Shown here: positions 1 through 9,393 of the stretch, piece by piece
Numbering within the stretch: the stretch's first letter is position 1
Layout of the letters: every line of letters begins with the position of its first letter
From: Bacteroidota bacterium
GTDB lineage: Bacteria; Bacteroidota; Ignavibacteria; OLB7
DNA: 64,000 bases
Assembly (NCBI GenBank): GCA_048498995.1
Contig: JBEHWX010000015.1
Location: 617-64,616, forward strand
Direction of reading: 5' to 3'
Program-made: the position numbers and the translations under genes
The notes under the pieces: generated by a model
The model's input: only the letters and a program-made list of their open reading frames with translations
Database searches by the model: none
Told to the model about the DNA's origin: nothing

Positions 1-932
1 GCCGCCTTGAGCGCGCGCCGCGTGGCCGGCACCGGGCCGATTCCCATGTAGCGCGGATCGACGCCCGCCGTGCCGCTGGCGACATAGCGGAGCACCGGCT
101 TGAGCCCGAGCTCCTCCACCGCCTTCCGGCTGGCCAGCAGCACCGCGCCGGCGCCGTCGTTCAGGCTCGAGGAGTTCCCCGGCGTCACGCTTCCTCCCTT
201 CCGGAAGGCCGCCTTCAGTGTCCCGAGCTTCTCCAGCGACGTATCCTTGCGCGGCCCCTCGTCGCGACGCACCACGACCGGATCTCCCTTGCGCTGCGGA
301 ATTTCGACCGGGATCACCGTGTCGTCGTAGCGTCCGGCATCCCAGGCATCGACCGCGAGGTGATGCGAGCGGAGCGCGAACTCATCCTGCTCCTGGCGCG
401 TCACGCCCCACTTCTCGGCCACGTTCTCGGCCGTCTCCCCCATCTGCTCCAGCGGGAACATCGCCTCCATCCTCGGGTTCGGGAAGCGCCAGCCGAGCGC
501 CGTGTCGAACGCCGTCAAGTTGCCGAACTGCGCGGCGCCGGAGACATTCTTGGCGATCGCGTACGGCGCGCGGGACATCACCTCGACGCCGCCGGCGATC
601 ACCAGATCGGCCTCGCCCGATCCGATCGCGCGCGCGCCGTAGATGATCGCGTCGAGCGCGGAGCCGCACAGACGGTTGATCGTCGTGGCCGGGACCGATT
701 CCGGCATGCCGGCCAGCAGCACCGCCATGCGGGCCACGTTCCGGTTGTCCTCCCCCGACTGATTGGCGCATCCCATGATCACGTCATCGATCCGCTCGGC
801 CGGGACGCCGGTACGCTCGAGAAGCGTCTTGAGCACGAGCGCCGCCATGTCGTCGGCGCGGACGGAGGAGAGAACGCCGCCGTACTTACCGATCGGCGTT
901 CTGAGTGGAGAGACCAGATAGACTTCGGACAT
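1..932 (-). CDS. Acetyl-CoA acetyltransferase (thiolase), truncated at window edge
   Basis: Minus-strand translation from the ATG at 932 reads MSEVYLVSPLRTPIGKYGGVLSS...NRLCGSALDA..., a thiolase N-terminus with the catalytic Cys motif. The ORF runs off the window start, so it is absent from the ORF track. Confidence 0.85.
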   Translation of the reverse strand, partial: MSEVYLVSPLRTPIGKYGGVLSSVRADDMAALVLKTLLERTGVPAERIDDVIMGCANQSGEDNRNVARMAVLLAGMPESVPATTINRLCGSALDAIIYGARAIGSGEADLVIAGGVEVMSRAPYAIAKNVSGAAQFGNLTAFDTALGWRFPNPRMEAMFPLEQMGETAENVAEKWGVTRQEQDEFALRSHHLAVDAWDAGRYDDTVIPVEIPQRKGDPVVVRRDEGPRKDTSLEKLGTLKAAFRKGGSVTPGNSSSLNDGAGAVLLASRKAVEELGLKPVLRYVASGTAGVDPRYMGIGPVPATRRALKA

Positions 933-1046
933 AGCTGTCGTATGCGAACTGGAGATTGATGTACGATTGTAGAAAGCTGCGGGTATCCGCCGTGGGAGCG
1001 CCGCCGAGCGGTGGCCCCCCGGCCGCGCTAGTCGCGGTTGGCCGGA

Positions 1047-1800
1047 TCAGGCGACGGGAGCGTAGAAGGCGCGGCGCGCGCGGGCGTACTGCTTCAGGAG
1101 CACGCACGGACGATAGCGCTCCTCCTGGTACTCGTCGTGGAGTGCCTGGAGAATCGCCACCACCAGATCGGCGCCGATCCGGTCGGCCCAGCGGAGCGGC
1201 CCTTCCGGATAGTTCGTTCCGAGCTTCATCGCCACGTCGATATCCTCGGCGTCGGCAACCCCCTCCATCATGGCGAAGGCGGCCTCGTTGACGATCATCG
1301 CCAGGATGCGCGCCGAGACGAGCGCCACGCGATCGACCACGACCTCGATCTTACGATCGATGAGGGAGCCGAGGAGCTCCACGGCGCGGTCGAGCCCGTC
1401 GGCCGGCGTCTGCAGCGCGGGGGCTATCTCGAGCACCGTTCCCTCCTCGACGAGGGGGGGGATCCAGGAGATGCCGATCACCGGGCGCCCGGGATGCGCG
1501 GCGGCCACGGAGGTGGCGGTCGCCGTCAGGCAGCTGACGAACAGAAGGGCGCCGTCGTTGATCGACTCGCGGATCACCTCGTCGCGGCGATGGCGGTCGG
1601 GCCCATGCGTCCAGTCGAGATCGAAGACGGCGTCGAGCTCGCCCGGGATCTCGATCGGGCTTCGGGCCACGACGAGCCGGTCGTCGAGCGGAGCGCTCGT
1701 CGCGTCGGTCGGAAAGGCATGCAGGGTGTGGTCGGCGGAGAGGAGAGACGAGAGGCGGCGGATCGCGTCGGATGCGCCGAGCAGAAGGATGTTGGCCATG
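1047..1800 (-). CDS. 3-hydroxyacyl-CoA dehydrogenase-like protein (C-terminal 3HCDH domain)
   Basis: The C-terminal half (IDRKIEVVVDRVALVSARILAMIVNEAAFAMMEGVADAEDIDVAMKLGTNYPEGPLRWADRIG) matches the 3-hydroxyacyl-CoA dehydrogenase C-terminal domain. The likely start is MANILLLG at 1800; the upstream part of the 356-aa ORF is Ser/Arg-rich junk. No clear N-terminal GxGxxG was seen. It is co-directional with the thiolase. Confidence 0.6.
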
Positions 1801-1959
1801 CTGATCGGGAATAGGAACTGTGAGCGGCAAAGATACCGAGATCCGCGCAAAAACGGAGACTCCACAGCGATTCCGGCTGTGGAGTCCCGACACTTGCCGC
1901 GGAGTCTGCCGCAGGTCCCACGTGAGCTCATCCGGCCCGGTGAAAGGGCCGGGGCAGGC

Positions 1960-2241
1960 TCACTCCTCGACGCTTTCCCGATTCCGAGGGAGGGCATTGA
2001 TCTTGGCAAGCTCGAGATAGACGAACTCGAGCGCCTCGTTGAATGCCTGGCGGAACTTCTCGAAGTCCTCCTTGTACAGGAAGATCTTGAACTTCTCACG
2101 CTCCTCTTCTCCAGCACGCTTACTCTCGGTGATCGTCAGGTAGTAGTCGTTACCAGAGCGAGTCGAGCGGACGTCGATGTAGTAAGTCCTCTTCCCTGCT
2201 CTCACCCGACGCGAGAACACTTCGTCACGGTTGCTTTCCAC
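1960..2241 (-). CDS. DUF3276 / PUR-alpha-like nucleic-acid-binding protein
   Basis: 93 aa, Lys/Glu-rich, with KRTYYIDVRSTRSGNDYYLTITESKR, typical of Bacteroidota DUF3276 proteins. Local GC is lower than surroundings. Confidence 0.7.
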   Translation of the reverse strand: MESNRDEVFSRRVRAGKRTYYIDVRSTRSGNDYYLTITESKRAGEEEREKFKIFLYKEDFEKFRQAFNEALEFVYLELAKINALPRNRESVEE

Positions 2242-2285
2242 TTCGGAATCCTTGTGTTATAGTGAGACAAAAGTACGATGCGGAC

Positions 2286-4565
2286 TCAGCGCTGAATGAC
2301 GGCTACTTTGCCGAGGACCGTGGTATCGCCGAGCTTGTCGGCACCGGCGACGATGTAGACACCGGACGGGACGAAGTTGCCATGCTGATCACGACCATCC
2401 CAGAACGCGACCGATCCACCCGGCGAATCGAACTCTTTGACGAGTCCTCCGCTCAAGCTGAGGATCTTGACTGTTGCCCCGGAGGGCAGACCGGTGATGC
2501 GTAGAGGCTCGGAAGCCGGGACGACGAAAGGCTGAGGAGAAACGGAGAGAGTCGAACTCGATGACGCTTCGACGGCAGGCGTTGAAATCTTGCTCATGCC
2601 GTTGTCCGTCCCAATATAAATATCTCCGGTCGCATTTACCGCAAGAATTGAAAGGACGTTGTCGCTCACCAGTGGCGAGTTCTCCGTTGTGAAACGATCC
2701 ACCAGCTCGGTCCCGTCGGCCGAGAGAACGAACACTCCCTGCCCGGTTCCGATCCATTTCCGGTTGAGCGCGTCGACGGCGATCGCGTTGACCGGCAGAT
2801 CACCCACCAGCCGGATCGTCCTGACGCTCGGCGCGTTCCGCTCGAAGACCACGCCGTACGGATTGGTCAGCACCGCAAGCCCCTTCGGCGTGCCGACCCA
2901 GATCTGGTTGTCCACGTCGACGGCGAGCGCCGTCTGGAGGTTGTCCGGCAGACCGTTGTCGGTGGTCACCGCCCCCATGTAATCATCCCCGATCGAGGAG
3001 ATCGTCCCCCGCTCGTTGAAGTAGAGCAGGCCCGGCCGCTCGAAGTTCGACAGATCGGCGCCGAGCCACTTCGTGCCGTTCTGGTCGATCACCAGCCAGC
3101 GATAGATTCGCTGCCGGTCGAGCCTCGGATCCATCAGGTAGGACTCGAACGCGCTGCCATCTCTCCCCTGCTCCTCGCCGCGGAGCTTGACCATCATGAA
3201 GGCGCAGGCGCGCGTCGGATAGTAGCAGACCATCCAGGTACGGCCGTTGCCGTCGACCTGGGAGCGGGCGCCGACCACGAATTGCGTATCGCAGTCCTTC
3301 CCCCTGATCGGCGAGTTGGCGGCGTTGTAGCGGGTAAGCGCGTACCCGCCGCGATCGTCCGGCGAGATGTGGACGAAGCCTGAACCGAACTGCCCGGCGT
3401 AGATCGAATTGCCGTCGCCGGTGCCGATGTTCCAGACGTCGGCGTCGCCGAGCGTCGGGTTGTTGTAGCGGGTGAAGGAGGTCCATTCGCCATCCTTCAG
3501 CCTGGAGACCGCGCCTGGGCCGCCGGCGGCCCATATAGCGCTGTCGGCGGCAATGGTCAGATCCTTGAAGTCGTTCGATGCCGGAGCGTTCAACGTTCGG
3601 AGCCGGAGCGAATCCGTCTCCAGAAACGCGAAGCCCTGGTTGGCGATGCCGACCGCGATCCGACCATCGCGGGCGATGGCCAACGCGGTGATGTCGGAGG
3701 CGGCCGTGATCGCGCTGGAGAAGCTCCCGCCGGCATGGCGGTAGAGGGTCGCCCCGGAGGCGGCGATCACCTGGTCATCGACATAGGCGAACGTGGTTCG
3801 GCGCCCCGGCAGATCGGCGCGCTGCGTGAAATCCGCGTCGCCGTTGCGAACGTAGGCACCGGAGGTGGTGCCCACGTTGAGCTTGCCGTCGACCACGGCC
3901 AGCGAGAGCACCGAATCGCTCCCGACCGGCTCCAGGCGCCAGGCCGGAGGAAACGGAAGATCGCGCGCGTCCTCGGGGGCCGAGGCAAGGCCGGCCGCCG
4001 TGGCAAGCCAGATCCGGCCATCCCAGATCAGCAGATCGTTGACCTCGGCGGCCACCGGAGGAGAGCCGAAGCGAAGGTAGGATTCGACGAAGGTGTTGTT
4101 CGCGTCGTTGTAGGTCGCGACGCCGAACGAGGTGAGGATATAGACGGTGTTCCCCCTGAAGCGGAAGCCGTTGATCTTCTTGAGCGCGTATTCGATCGAG
4201 GAGGCGATCTCCATGCTGTAGATCCACTCCCCTCCCTTCTTCCTGATGCTGATCGAGCCGTCGGAGCTGCCGACGAACAGATCGCCGGTGAGCGGATCTA
4301 TGCCGACCGCGCTGGCGTTCAGGCGCGCCAGTCCCTCGGTGTTCCTGATCACGTCGATGGTGTCGCCGGAGCGTTGGCTGACCACGCCGCCGGTGGTGGC
4401 AACCCAGAGCGTGCCGGAGGAGTCGAACGACATGTCCTGCACCGCGGTAAGGGCGCTGAAGGAGGACCATTCGTTTCTGTTCTGCGCCTCCAGATCCGTC
4501 ATGGGCGCGGCAAGACAACCGACCAGAAGTGTCAGGGAGAGAAGGACCTTCCGAAGTGAACTCAT
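2286..4565 (-). CDS. Secreted beta-propeller (Reg_prop/Y_Y_Y-like) protein with T9SS C-terminal sorting domain
   Basis: Signal peptide MSSLRKVLLSLTLLVGCLAAP, then many propeller-type repeats. The C-terminus (VKILSLSGGLVKEFDSPGGSVAFWDGRDQHGNFVPSGVYIVAGADKL...VIQR) resembles a Por secretion tail. Confidence 0.75.
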   Translation of the reverse strand: MSSLRKVLLSLTLLVGCLAAPMTDLEAQNRNEWSSFSALTAVQDMSFDSSGTLWVATTGGVVSQRSGDTIDVIRNTEGLARLNASAVGIDPLTGDLFVGSSDGSISIRKKGGEWIYSMEIASSIEYALKKINGFRFRGNTVYILTSFGVATYNDANNTFVESYLRFGSPPVAAEVNDLLIWDGRIWLATAAGLASAPEDARDLPFPPAWRLEPVGSDSVLSLAVVDGKLNVGTTSGAYVRNGDADFTQRADLPGRRTTFAYVDDQVIAASGATLYRHAGGSFSSAITAASDITALAIARDGRIAVGIANQGFAFLETDSLRLRTLNAPASNDFKDLTIAADSAIWAAGGPGAVSRLKDGEWTSFTRYNNPTLGDADVWNIGTGDGNSIYAGQFGSGFVHISPDDRGGYALTRYNAANSPIRGKDCDTQFVVGARSQVDGNGRTWMVCYYPTRACAFMMVKLRGEEQGRDGSAFESYLMDPRLDRQRIYRWLVIDQNGTKWLGADLSNFERPGLLYFNERGTISSIGDDYMGAVTTDNGLPDNLQTALAVDVDNQIWVGTPKGLAVLTNPYGVVFERNAPSVRTIRLVGDLPVNAIAVDALNRKWIGTGQGVFVLSADGTELVDRFTTENSPLVSDNVLSILAVNATGDIYIGTDNGMSKISTPAVEASSSSTLSVSPQPFVVPASEPLRITGLPSGATVKILSLSGGLVKEFDSPGGSVAFWDGRDQHGNFVPSGVYIVAGADKLGDTTVLGKVAVIQR

Positions 4566-4789
4566 ACGGGAGTACTCGCGTGCTTCGATCTTTGTGGGCA
4601 TTCAGGCCCGGTTTCGGGCGGCGGGAATCAAGCGAGGCCCGATCTCAGATGCAAGGATATACGGACCGGCGCATTGGCCGGCTCCGTCACAGCTCCGGGG
4701 CCGCGCTCGGGCCGGCGCGCCACGGTTGGACAATCGGGGAAACATGCTCGCGGAGAAGCTCTCGCGGGAGCACCCTCACGCAGTCATTC

Positions 4790-5257
4790 TCAGGGGAGCT
4801 TGCGCAGCAGGTTGACCATCTCGATCGCGGCCTGCGCCGCCTCCCATCCCTTGTTCCCGGCCTTGGTGCCGGCGCGCTCCACCGCCTGCTCGATCGTGTC
4901 CACCGTCAGCACGCCGAACATGCAGGGAACGCCGGTCGAGAGCATGGCCGAGGAGATACCGCCGACGGCCTCGCCGGCAACGTACTCGAAGTGAGGAGTC
5001 GCGCCGCGGATCACCGCGCCGAGCGCCACCACCGCGTCGAACTGCTTCGACTCGGCGAGCCTCTTCATCACCAGCGGCAGCTCGAAGGCTCCGGGATAGT
5101 ACACGATGGTGACGTCGTTCTCGTCGCCGCCGTGAAGGCGGATGCAATCGAGCGCTCCCTCCAGAAGCCGCTTCGTGATGAAATCATTCCAGCGGCTGAC
5201 GGCGATTGCGATGCGCATCCCCGTCGCGTTGAGCGTACCTTCGATGATGGTTGCCAT
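4790..5257 (-). CDS. ribH: 6,7-dimethyl-8-ribityllumazine synthase
   Basis: 155 aa; MRIAIAVSRWNDFITKRLLEGA...YPGAFELP...GAVIRGATPHFEYV is a canonical RibH sequence. Confidence 0.9.
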   Translation of the reverse strand: MATIIEGTLNATGMRIAIAVSRWNDFITKRLLEGALDCIRLHGGDENDVTIVYYPGAFELPLVMKRLAESKQFDAVVALGAVIRGATPHFEYVAGEAVGGISSAMLSTGVPCMFGVLTVDTIEQAVERAGTKAGNKGWEAAQAAIEMVNLLRKLP

Positions 5258-5388
5258 AGGTCGGATTGTCCGGCGCCCCGCCTCACGGGAGTAGGCGCCG
5301 CGCGGTTCGTTGGTCGATTGGAAAGGATGAAAATACGGAACCGATCATGATATCGCCGATATACCGAACGAGCATTCCCACGCACCGG

Positions 5389-6144
5389 ATGCATCGACGC
5401 CCCCGACGGCGCTCCCGGCTCGTGATGCTGCTCCCGCTCGCCGTGGCCCTCTTGGCCGCCTCCGTGATGCCGGCCGCGGCGCAATCCTTCGATCACTCCC
5501 TGTTCGATGGGGTTCTCTCCCGCGCGGTCTCGGCGGGCCTGGTCGACTACGCGCGCATCGGCGGCGACCGCGCGTTCGAGCGCTACATGGCCGCGCTCGC
5601 CACGGCCCGTCCGGAGGAGCTCGGAGCCGACGAACGGCTCGCCTTCTGGATCAATGCCTACAACGCCTGCGTGATCCAGGGCGTGCTCGACAATCCCGGC
5701 ATGACGCGGCCCACCGACGTGAAGGGATTCTTCGATAAACGGACGTTCCCGATTGCCGGCCGCCGCGTGACGCTCGACGAGATCGAGAACCGGATCATCC
5801 GCCCCACGTTTCGGGAGAAGCTGGTCCACTTCGGGCTCGTTTGCGCGGCGCGCTCCTGTCCGCCTCTGGCCGGACCTGCCTTCACCGGAGCGACGGTCCG
5901 GGCCGAGCTCGCGCGGCGCGCGCGGCTCTACCTGGCCTCGCCGCGGAACCGGATCGATCAGGGCTCCGGGGCGCTTCAGCTCTCGAAGATCTTCGACTGG
6001 TACCGCGATGATTTCGGCGGCGACCGTGGCATCCGAGCGTTCGTCGCCAGTTACGGCACGCCGGAGATGCGCGCCGCCATCGAGCGGGCGCCAACGACTC
6101 CGATCACCTTCCTCGAGTACGACTGGCGCCTCAACGGACGCTGA
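5389..6144 (+). CDS. DUF547 domain protein (secreted)
   Basis: Signal-like LVMLLPLAVALLAASVMPAAAQ, then AFWINAYNACVIQGVL...FGLVCAARSCPPL, the characteristic DUF547 motifs. The start was chosen at ATG 5389 within the longer 292-aa ORF. Confidence 0.7.
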   Translation: MHRRPRRRSRLVMLLPLAVALLAASVMPAAAQSFDHSLFDGVLSRAVSAGLVDYARIGGDRAFERYMAALATARPEELGADERLAFWINAYNACVIQGVLDNPGMTRPTDVKGFFDKRTFPIAGRRVTLDEIENRIIRPTFREKLVHFGLVCAARSCPPLAGPAFTGATVRAELARRARLYLASPRNRIDQGSGALQLSKIFDWYRDDFGGDRGIRAFVASYGTPEMRAAIERAPTTPITFLEYDWRLNGR

Positions 6145-6427
6145 GCCAGCCCGGAAGCCGCTTCGAGCAACGGACGGTGAATTGGAGAACGGACGATCGG
6201 GATGGGGAGATTGCGTAGGTCGGTCGACGGAGATCGGAAAGGTGCGGCGCGGATCGAGAAACGTGCACTGCCGACGCGATTTGCCAGGAGCACGCGCATT
6301 CGCGAATCATCGCGCGGCATGTATCATCGTACGAGCGGAAGAGGGCACGCATCGGCCGGCGTTCGTGCCGGCGTCGCGCTCTTCCGCGTGCCCTTACGTT
6401 GGATCCTTGCAAAATCTCCTGGTAGGC

Positions 6428-6448
6428 GCACGTCTTCAGCGTGCGTCT
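6428..6448. terminator. Hairpin between convergent DUF547 and lipoprotein genes
   Basis: cgcacg-tcttcag-cgtgcg followed by tcttctg. Confidence 0.3.
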
Positions 6449-6511
6449 TCTGCCCGCGAGGAGGGGCACCCACGGGGGAGCGGCCCGTACGATTGTTTCC
6501 GGAGAAGGTGC

Positions 6512-7069
6512 TCATTGCAGATACATCGTATAGACACCGACCACCGAGTACGCGCAGCATCCCTCCACCTGCCTCACCGTCAGTCCCGTCTGGACCACGC
6601 GGCGCTCGCCGCGACGCGCGATCAGCGCGAACGTGCCCGGGGGAAGTCCCGCCGCGTCGTCCCGATAGAACTTCATGTCGCGCGGCGCCAGCGTGTCGAT
6701 CGCGGTCGTGTCGGCGCCGGCGATCGTCACCACCTGCACCATCGCCATGATCGTCGGCCGGGTGACGGTGATCGTGGTATCGAGCGTGGTCGAGGAGTCG
6801 GGATTCGAGGTGGGGATCGTCAGCGTGGTATCGACGCGCAGGGTGTCGTAGACGGTGACCATGATCGCCGGAGGGGCCGGCGCGCAGGCAACGTCGGCGC
6901 AGGTATTCTTGCAGCCGGCCACGAACGGAAGCGCCGCCACGAGCGCGATCGCGGCGGCGACGAGCGGCCGGGCACCGGGCGGAGCCGGGGCGGCCGCGGA
7001 CGTTGCCGGCCTCTCAGCGGTCGGATGACCGGAAGAGCCGACGGAAGAGATTGGTTTCCAGGATGCCAT
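6512..7069 (-). CDS. Hypothetical Thr-rich lipoprotein
   Basis: Lipobox-like LVAAAIALVAALPFVAGC followed by a Thr-rich mature region. The only ATG in frame, at 7069, overlaps the upstream gene by ~55 nt, so the true start is uncertain. Confidence 0.45.
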   Translation of the reverse strand: MASWKPISSVGSSGHPTAERPATSAAAPAPPGARPLVAAAIALVAALPFVAGCKNTCADVACAPAPPAIMVTVYDTLRVDTTLTIPTSNPDSSTTLDTTITVTRPTIMAMVQVVTIAGADTTAIDTLAPRDMKFYRDDAAGLPPGTFALIARRGERRVVQTGLTVRQVEGCCAYSVVGVYTMYLQ

Positions 7070-8489
7070 CCGGATCGCACTCCCGTTTCATGCGCGTGAA
7101 TTTCTCGACCGCTTCCCGGCCGAGATATCGCTCCACGGAGGGCCCTTCAAGGGTGCTGTCCTTCGCGAAGTAGAACCTTCCCCCCGCCTCGAGCACGATC
7201 TGATCCAGCCGGTGCGCCAGCTCCCAGATCTCCTCGCGATTCTTCCTGGTGACCTTGAAATCCAGCGCCAGCGAATAGCCGTCGACGCTGTGGGTCATCA
7301 GGAACTGATCCTTCCGATGCCGCTTGAACACGGCCAGATACGGAGGATGTCCGGCCTGCTGCGCCAGCGCGAGCTGACGTTTGAACGCCTCGGCGGCGGT
7401 GGCCTCCGGGATGAAGCTCTGATACTGGATCAGCCCACCCGGCCCGTACGAGCGCTTCCAGTTCGGAACGTAGTCGAGCAGGAAGGCGAACGCCGCGTGC
7501 GACTGGCGGAAGCGCTTGCCGCCGCGATCGAGGAGCCAGCTGGCGCGGAACTTCGCCATGTTCACCATTCGGACGCCGAAGTTGTTGGTGAACGGCCGCA
7601 TGAAGCGCCAGAGCGTCGATTTCGGGAGAAGCCCGAAGATGGTGTCGGGAAGCTGCTGATTGTCGATCCGGAGCGTCTGCGCCGGGTTCGGATCCTCGCC
7701 GGGTGGCAGGTAGTTCGCCTCGTGGATCTGGCCGCGCCCCAGGCTCTTTCCCGTGGCGAACGCATCGATCCAGCCGACGAGATAATCGGCGTCGTGCCTC
7801 CGCTCCTCGAACACCTCGAACATCCGGTCGAGCGAGCTCGCGTTGATCGCCTCCACCTCCACGAATCCCGAGTAGACCCGTTTCATCCCGAGCGTGATGG
7901 TGAGGAAGCAGCCGAGCATCCCGAAGCCGCCGATCGCGGCCTGGAACAGCTCCACGTTCTCCTGGCGGGAGCAGCGCTTCACCTCCCCGGTCGGGAGCAT
8001 GATCTCGAACTCGAGAATGTGGTCGCCGATCGGGCCGACGCGGAAGTTGTTCTTGCCGTGGATGTTCATCGAGGCGGCGCCACCGAGGGTCGGGAACATC
8101 GTTCCGGGGACCACCGCGGGCCACCAGCCGTCGGGGAGCGTGTATTCCCAGAGCTGCCGGATCGTGACGCCGGACTCGGCCTTGACGATGCCGGTCTTCG
8201 GATTCCACTCGAGGATCCGACAGAAGCGGGTCAGGTCGAGAACGATGTTCTCGGCGTTGATCGCCGCGTCGCCGTAGCTGCGGCCGGCGCCCCGGAACGC
8301 CACGGAGCGTCCCGACTTGCGGGCCAGCTCGAACACGTCGCGAATCCCATCGACGGTCGAGGGACGGAAGACGTAGCCGACCGCGTCGGTGCTCATTCCC
8401 CAGCCGGGAACCAGCTCCAGATGCTCGGCCGGCAGCGCCACGCAACCGGCCATCTCCTGGGTCACCACCTGCTCGGACTGATCAAACAT
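7014..8489 (-). CDS. FAD-linked oxidase, DprE1-like (decaprenylphosphoryl-beta-D-ribose oxidase family)
   Basis: FAD PCMH motif AFRGAGRSYGD, NIHGKNNF, SYGPGGLIQYQSFIP, GGRFYFAKDS. By eye these resemble mycobacterial DprE1 blocks. It overlaps the downstream SDR gene by 8 nt. Confidence 0.75.
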   Translation of the reverse strand: MFDQSEQVVTQEMAGCVALPAEHLELVPGWGMSTDAVGYVFRPSTVDGIRDVFELARKSGRSVAFRGAGRSYGDAAINAENIVLDLTRFCRILEWNPKTGIVKAESGVTIRQLWEYTLPDGWWPAVVPGTMFPTLGGAASMNIHGKNNFRVGPIGDHILEFEIMLPTGEVKRCSRQENVELFQAAIGGFGMLGCFLTITLGMKRVYSGFVEVEAINASSLDRMFEVFEERRHDADYLVGWIDAFATGKSLGRGQIHEANYLPPGEDPNPAQTLRIDNQQLPDTIFGLLPKSTLWRFMRPFTNNFGVRMVNMAKFRASWLLDRGGKRFRQSHAAFAFLLDYVPNWKRSYGPGGLIQYQSFIPEATAAEAFKRQLALAQQAGHPPYLAVFKRHRKDQFLMTHSVDGYSLALDFKVTRKNREEIWELAHRLDQIVLEAGGRFYFAKDSTLEGPSVERYLGREAVEKFTRMKRECDPDGILETNLFRRLFRSSDR

Positions 8490-9243
8490 TCAAGCGCTTG
8501 AATATGAACGACGGAATGTTCCGGACCACCAGGCCCACCATGCGCCAACGTCCCGGAACGTAGACCTCCCGCTTGCCGGAGCCGGCCGCGTTCAGGATGA
8601 TCTCGGCCGCCCGCTCCGGCGATATCAGCCAGAAGAGCCCCGGCATTCCCTTGGTCATCGACGTGTCGATGAACCCGGGCTTTGCCGTCAGAACAGTGAC
8701 GCCGAAACGGCCGACACGATTGCGGAGCGACTCCAGGTAGGTGTTCAGCGCCGCCTTGCTGGTGCAGTAGGCCGGATTTCCCCGGCGGCCACGGTCCCCA
8801 GCGATCGAGGAGACGCCGATGATCGTCCCACGCCGTATCCGCTCGAAGCGCTGCGCGGCCTCGTTCAGCCACGCCATCGCCCCGACGGTGTTCACCTCCA
8901 TCATCTCGGCGTCCTTCTCCGTGTTGTACTCGTCCGGGGCCACCTTCGGCATCACTCCGGCCACATACGCCACAAGATCGACTCCCCCGAGCTCCTTGGC
9001 AAGACTCTGAAAAAGGGATGGAACCTCGGCGCGCTCCCGCACGTCGTGCCGCGCCACGATCAACGCCGTCCGTCCGGCGGCGCGGTTGAGCTCATCGCGC
9101 AGCTTCTCCAGCTCGTCGATTCTTCGCGCCACCGCGGCCACCGTGCAGCCGCCCTCGGCCAGCCGGCGCACCATCGCGGCGCCGACGCCGGAGGAGGCGC
9201 CGACCACGATCGCATGTTTCCAGGGAAGACTCATGTCACTCAA
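8482..9243 (-). CDS. Short-chain dehydrogenase, DprE2-like
   Basis: SDR Rossmann motif VVGASSGVGAA and catalytic YCTSKAAL. The C-terminal NIPSFIFKRLNV matches the DprE2 tail ...HIPRSIFRKLPI from memory. It lies immediately downstream of the DprE1-like gene. Confidence 0.75.
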   Translation of the reverse strand: MSDMSLPWKHAIVVGASSGVGAAMVRRLAEGGCTVAAVARRIDELEKLRDELNRAAGRTALIVARHDVRERAEVPSLFQSLAKELGGVDLVAYVAGVMPKVAPDEYNTEKDAEMMEVNTVGAMAWLNEAAQRFERIRRGTIIGVSSIAGDRGRRGNPAYCTSKAALNTYLESLRNRVGRFGVTVLTAKPGFIDTSMTKGMPGLFWLISPERAAEIILNAAGSGKREVYVPGRWRMVGLVVRNIPSFIFKRLNV

Positions 9244-9393
9244 TCGATCCTACGATGATTCGGAGACCCCGGGGGGCGCATCGGCCACCCGGGGAAAGGA
9301 AGGTGTTCGCGGGCGCTCCCGCGACGGCGCTCATGAGCGGGCTCGCGAGCGTCCGGGAGCATGCGGGCACGGACATGCCCGCGCGGGAAGGAC

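Noticed and set aside
1047-2117. N-terminal 105 aa of the 356-aa ORF upstream of MANILLLG
   Set aside because: The Ser/Arg-rich low-complexity sequence is unlike the rest of the protein, so the start was moved to the ATG at 1800.
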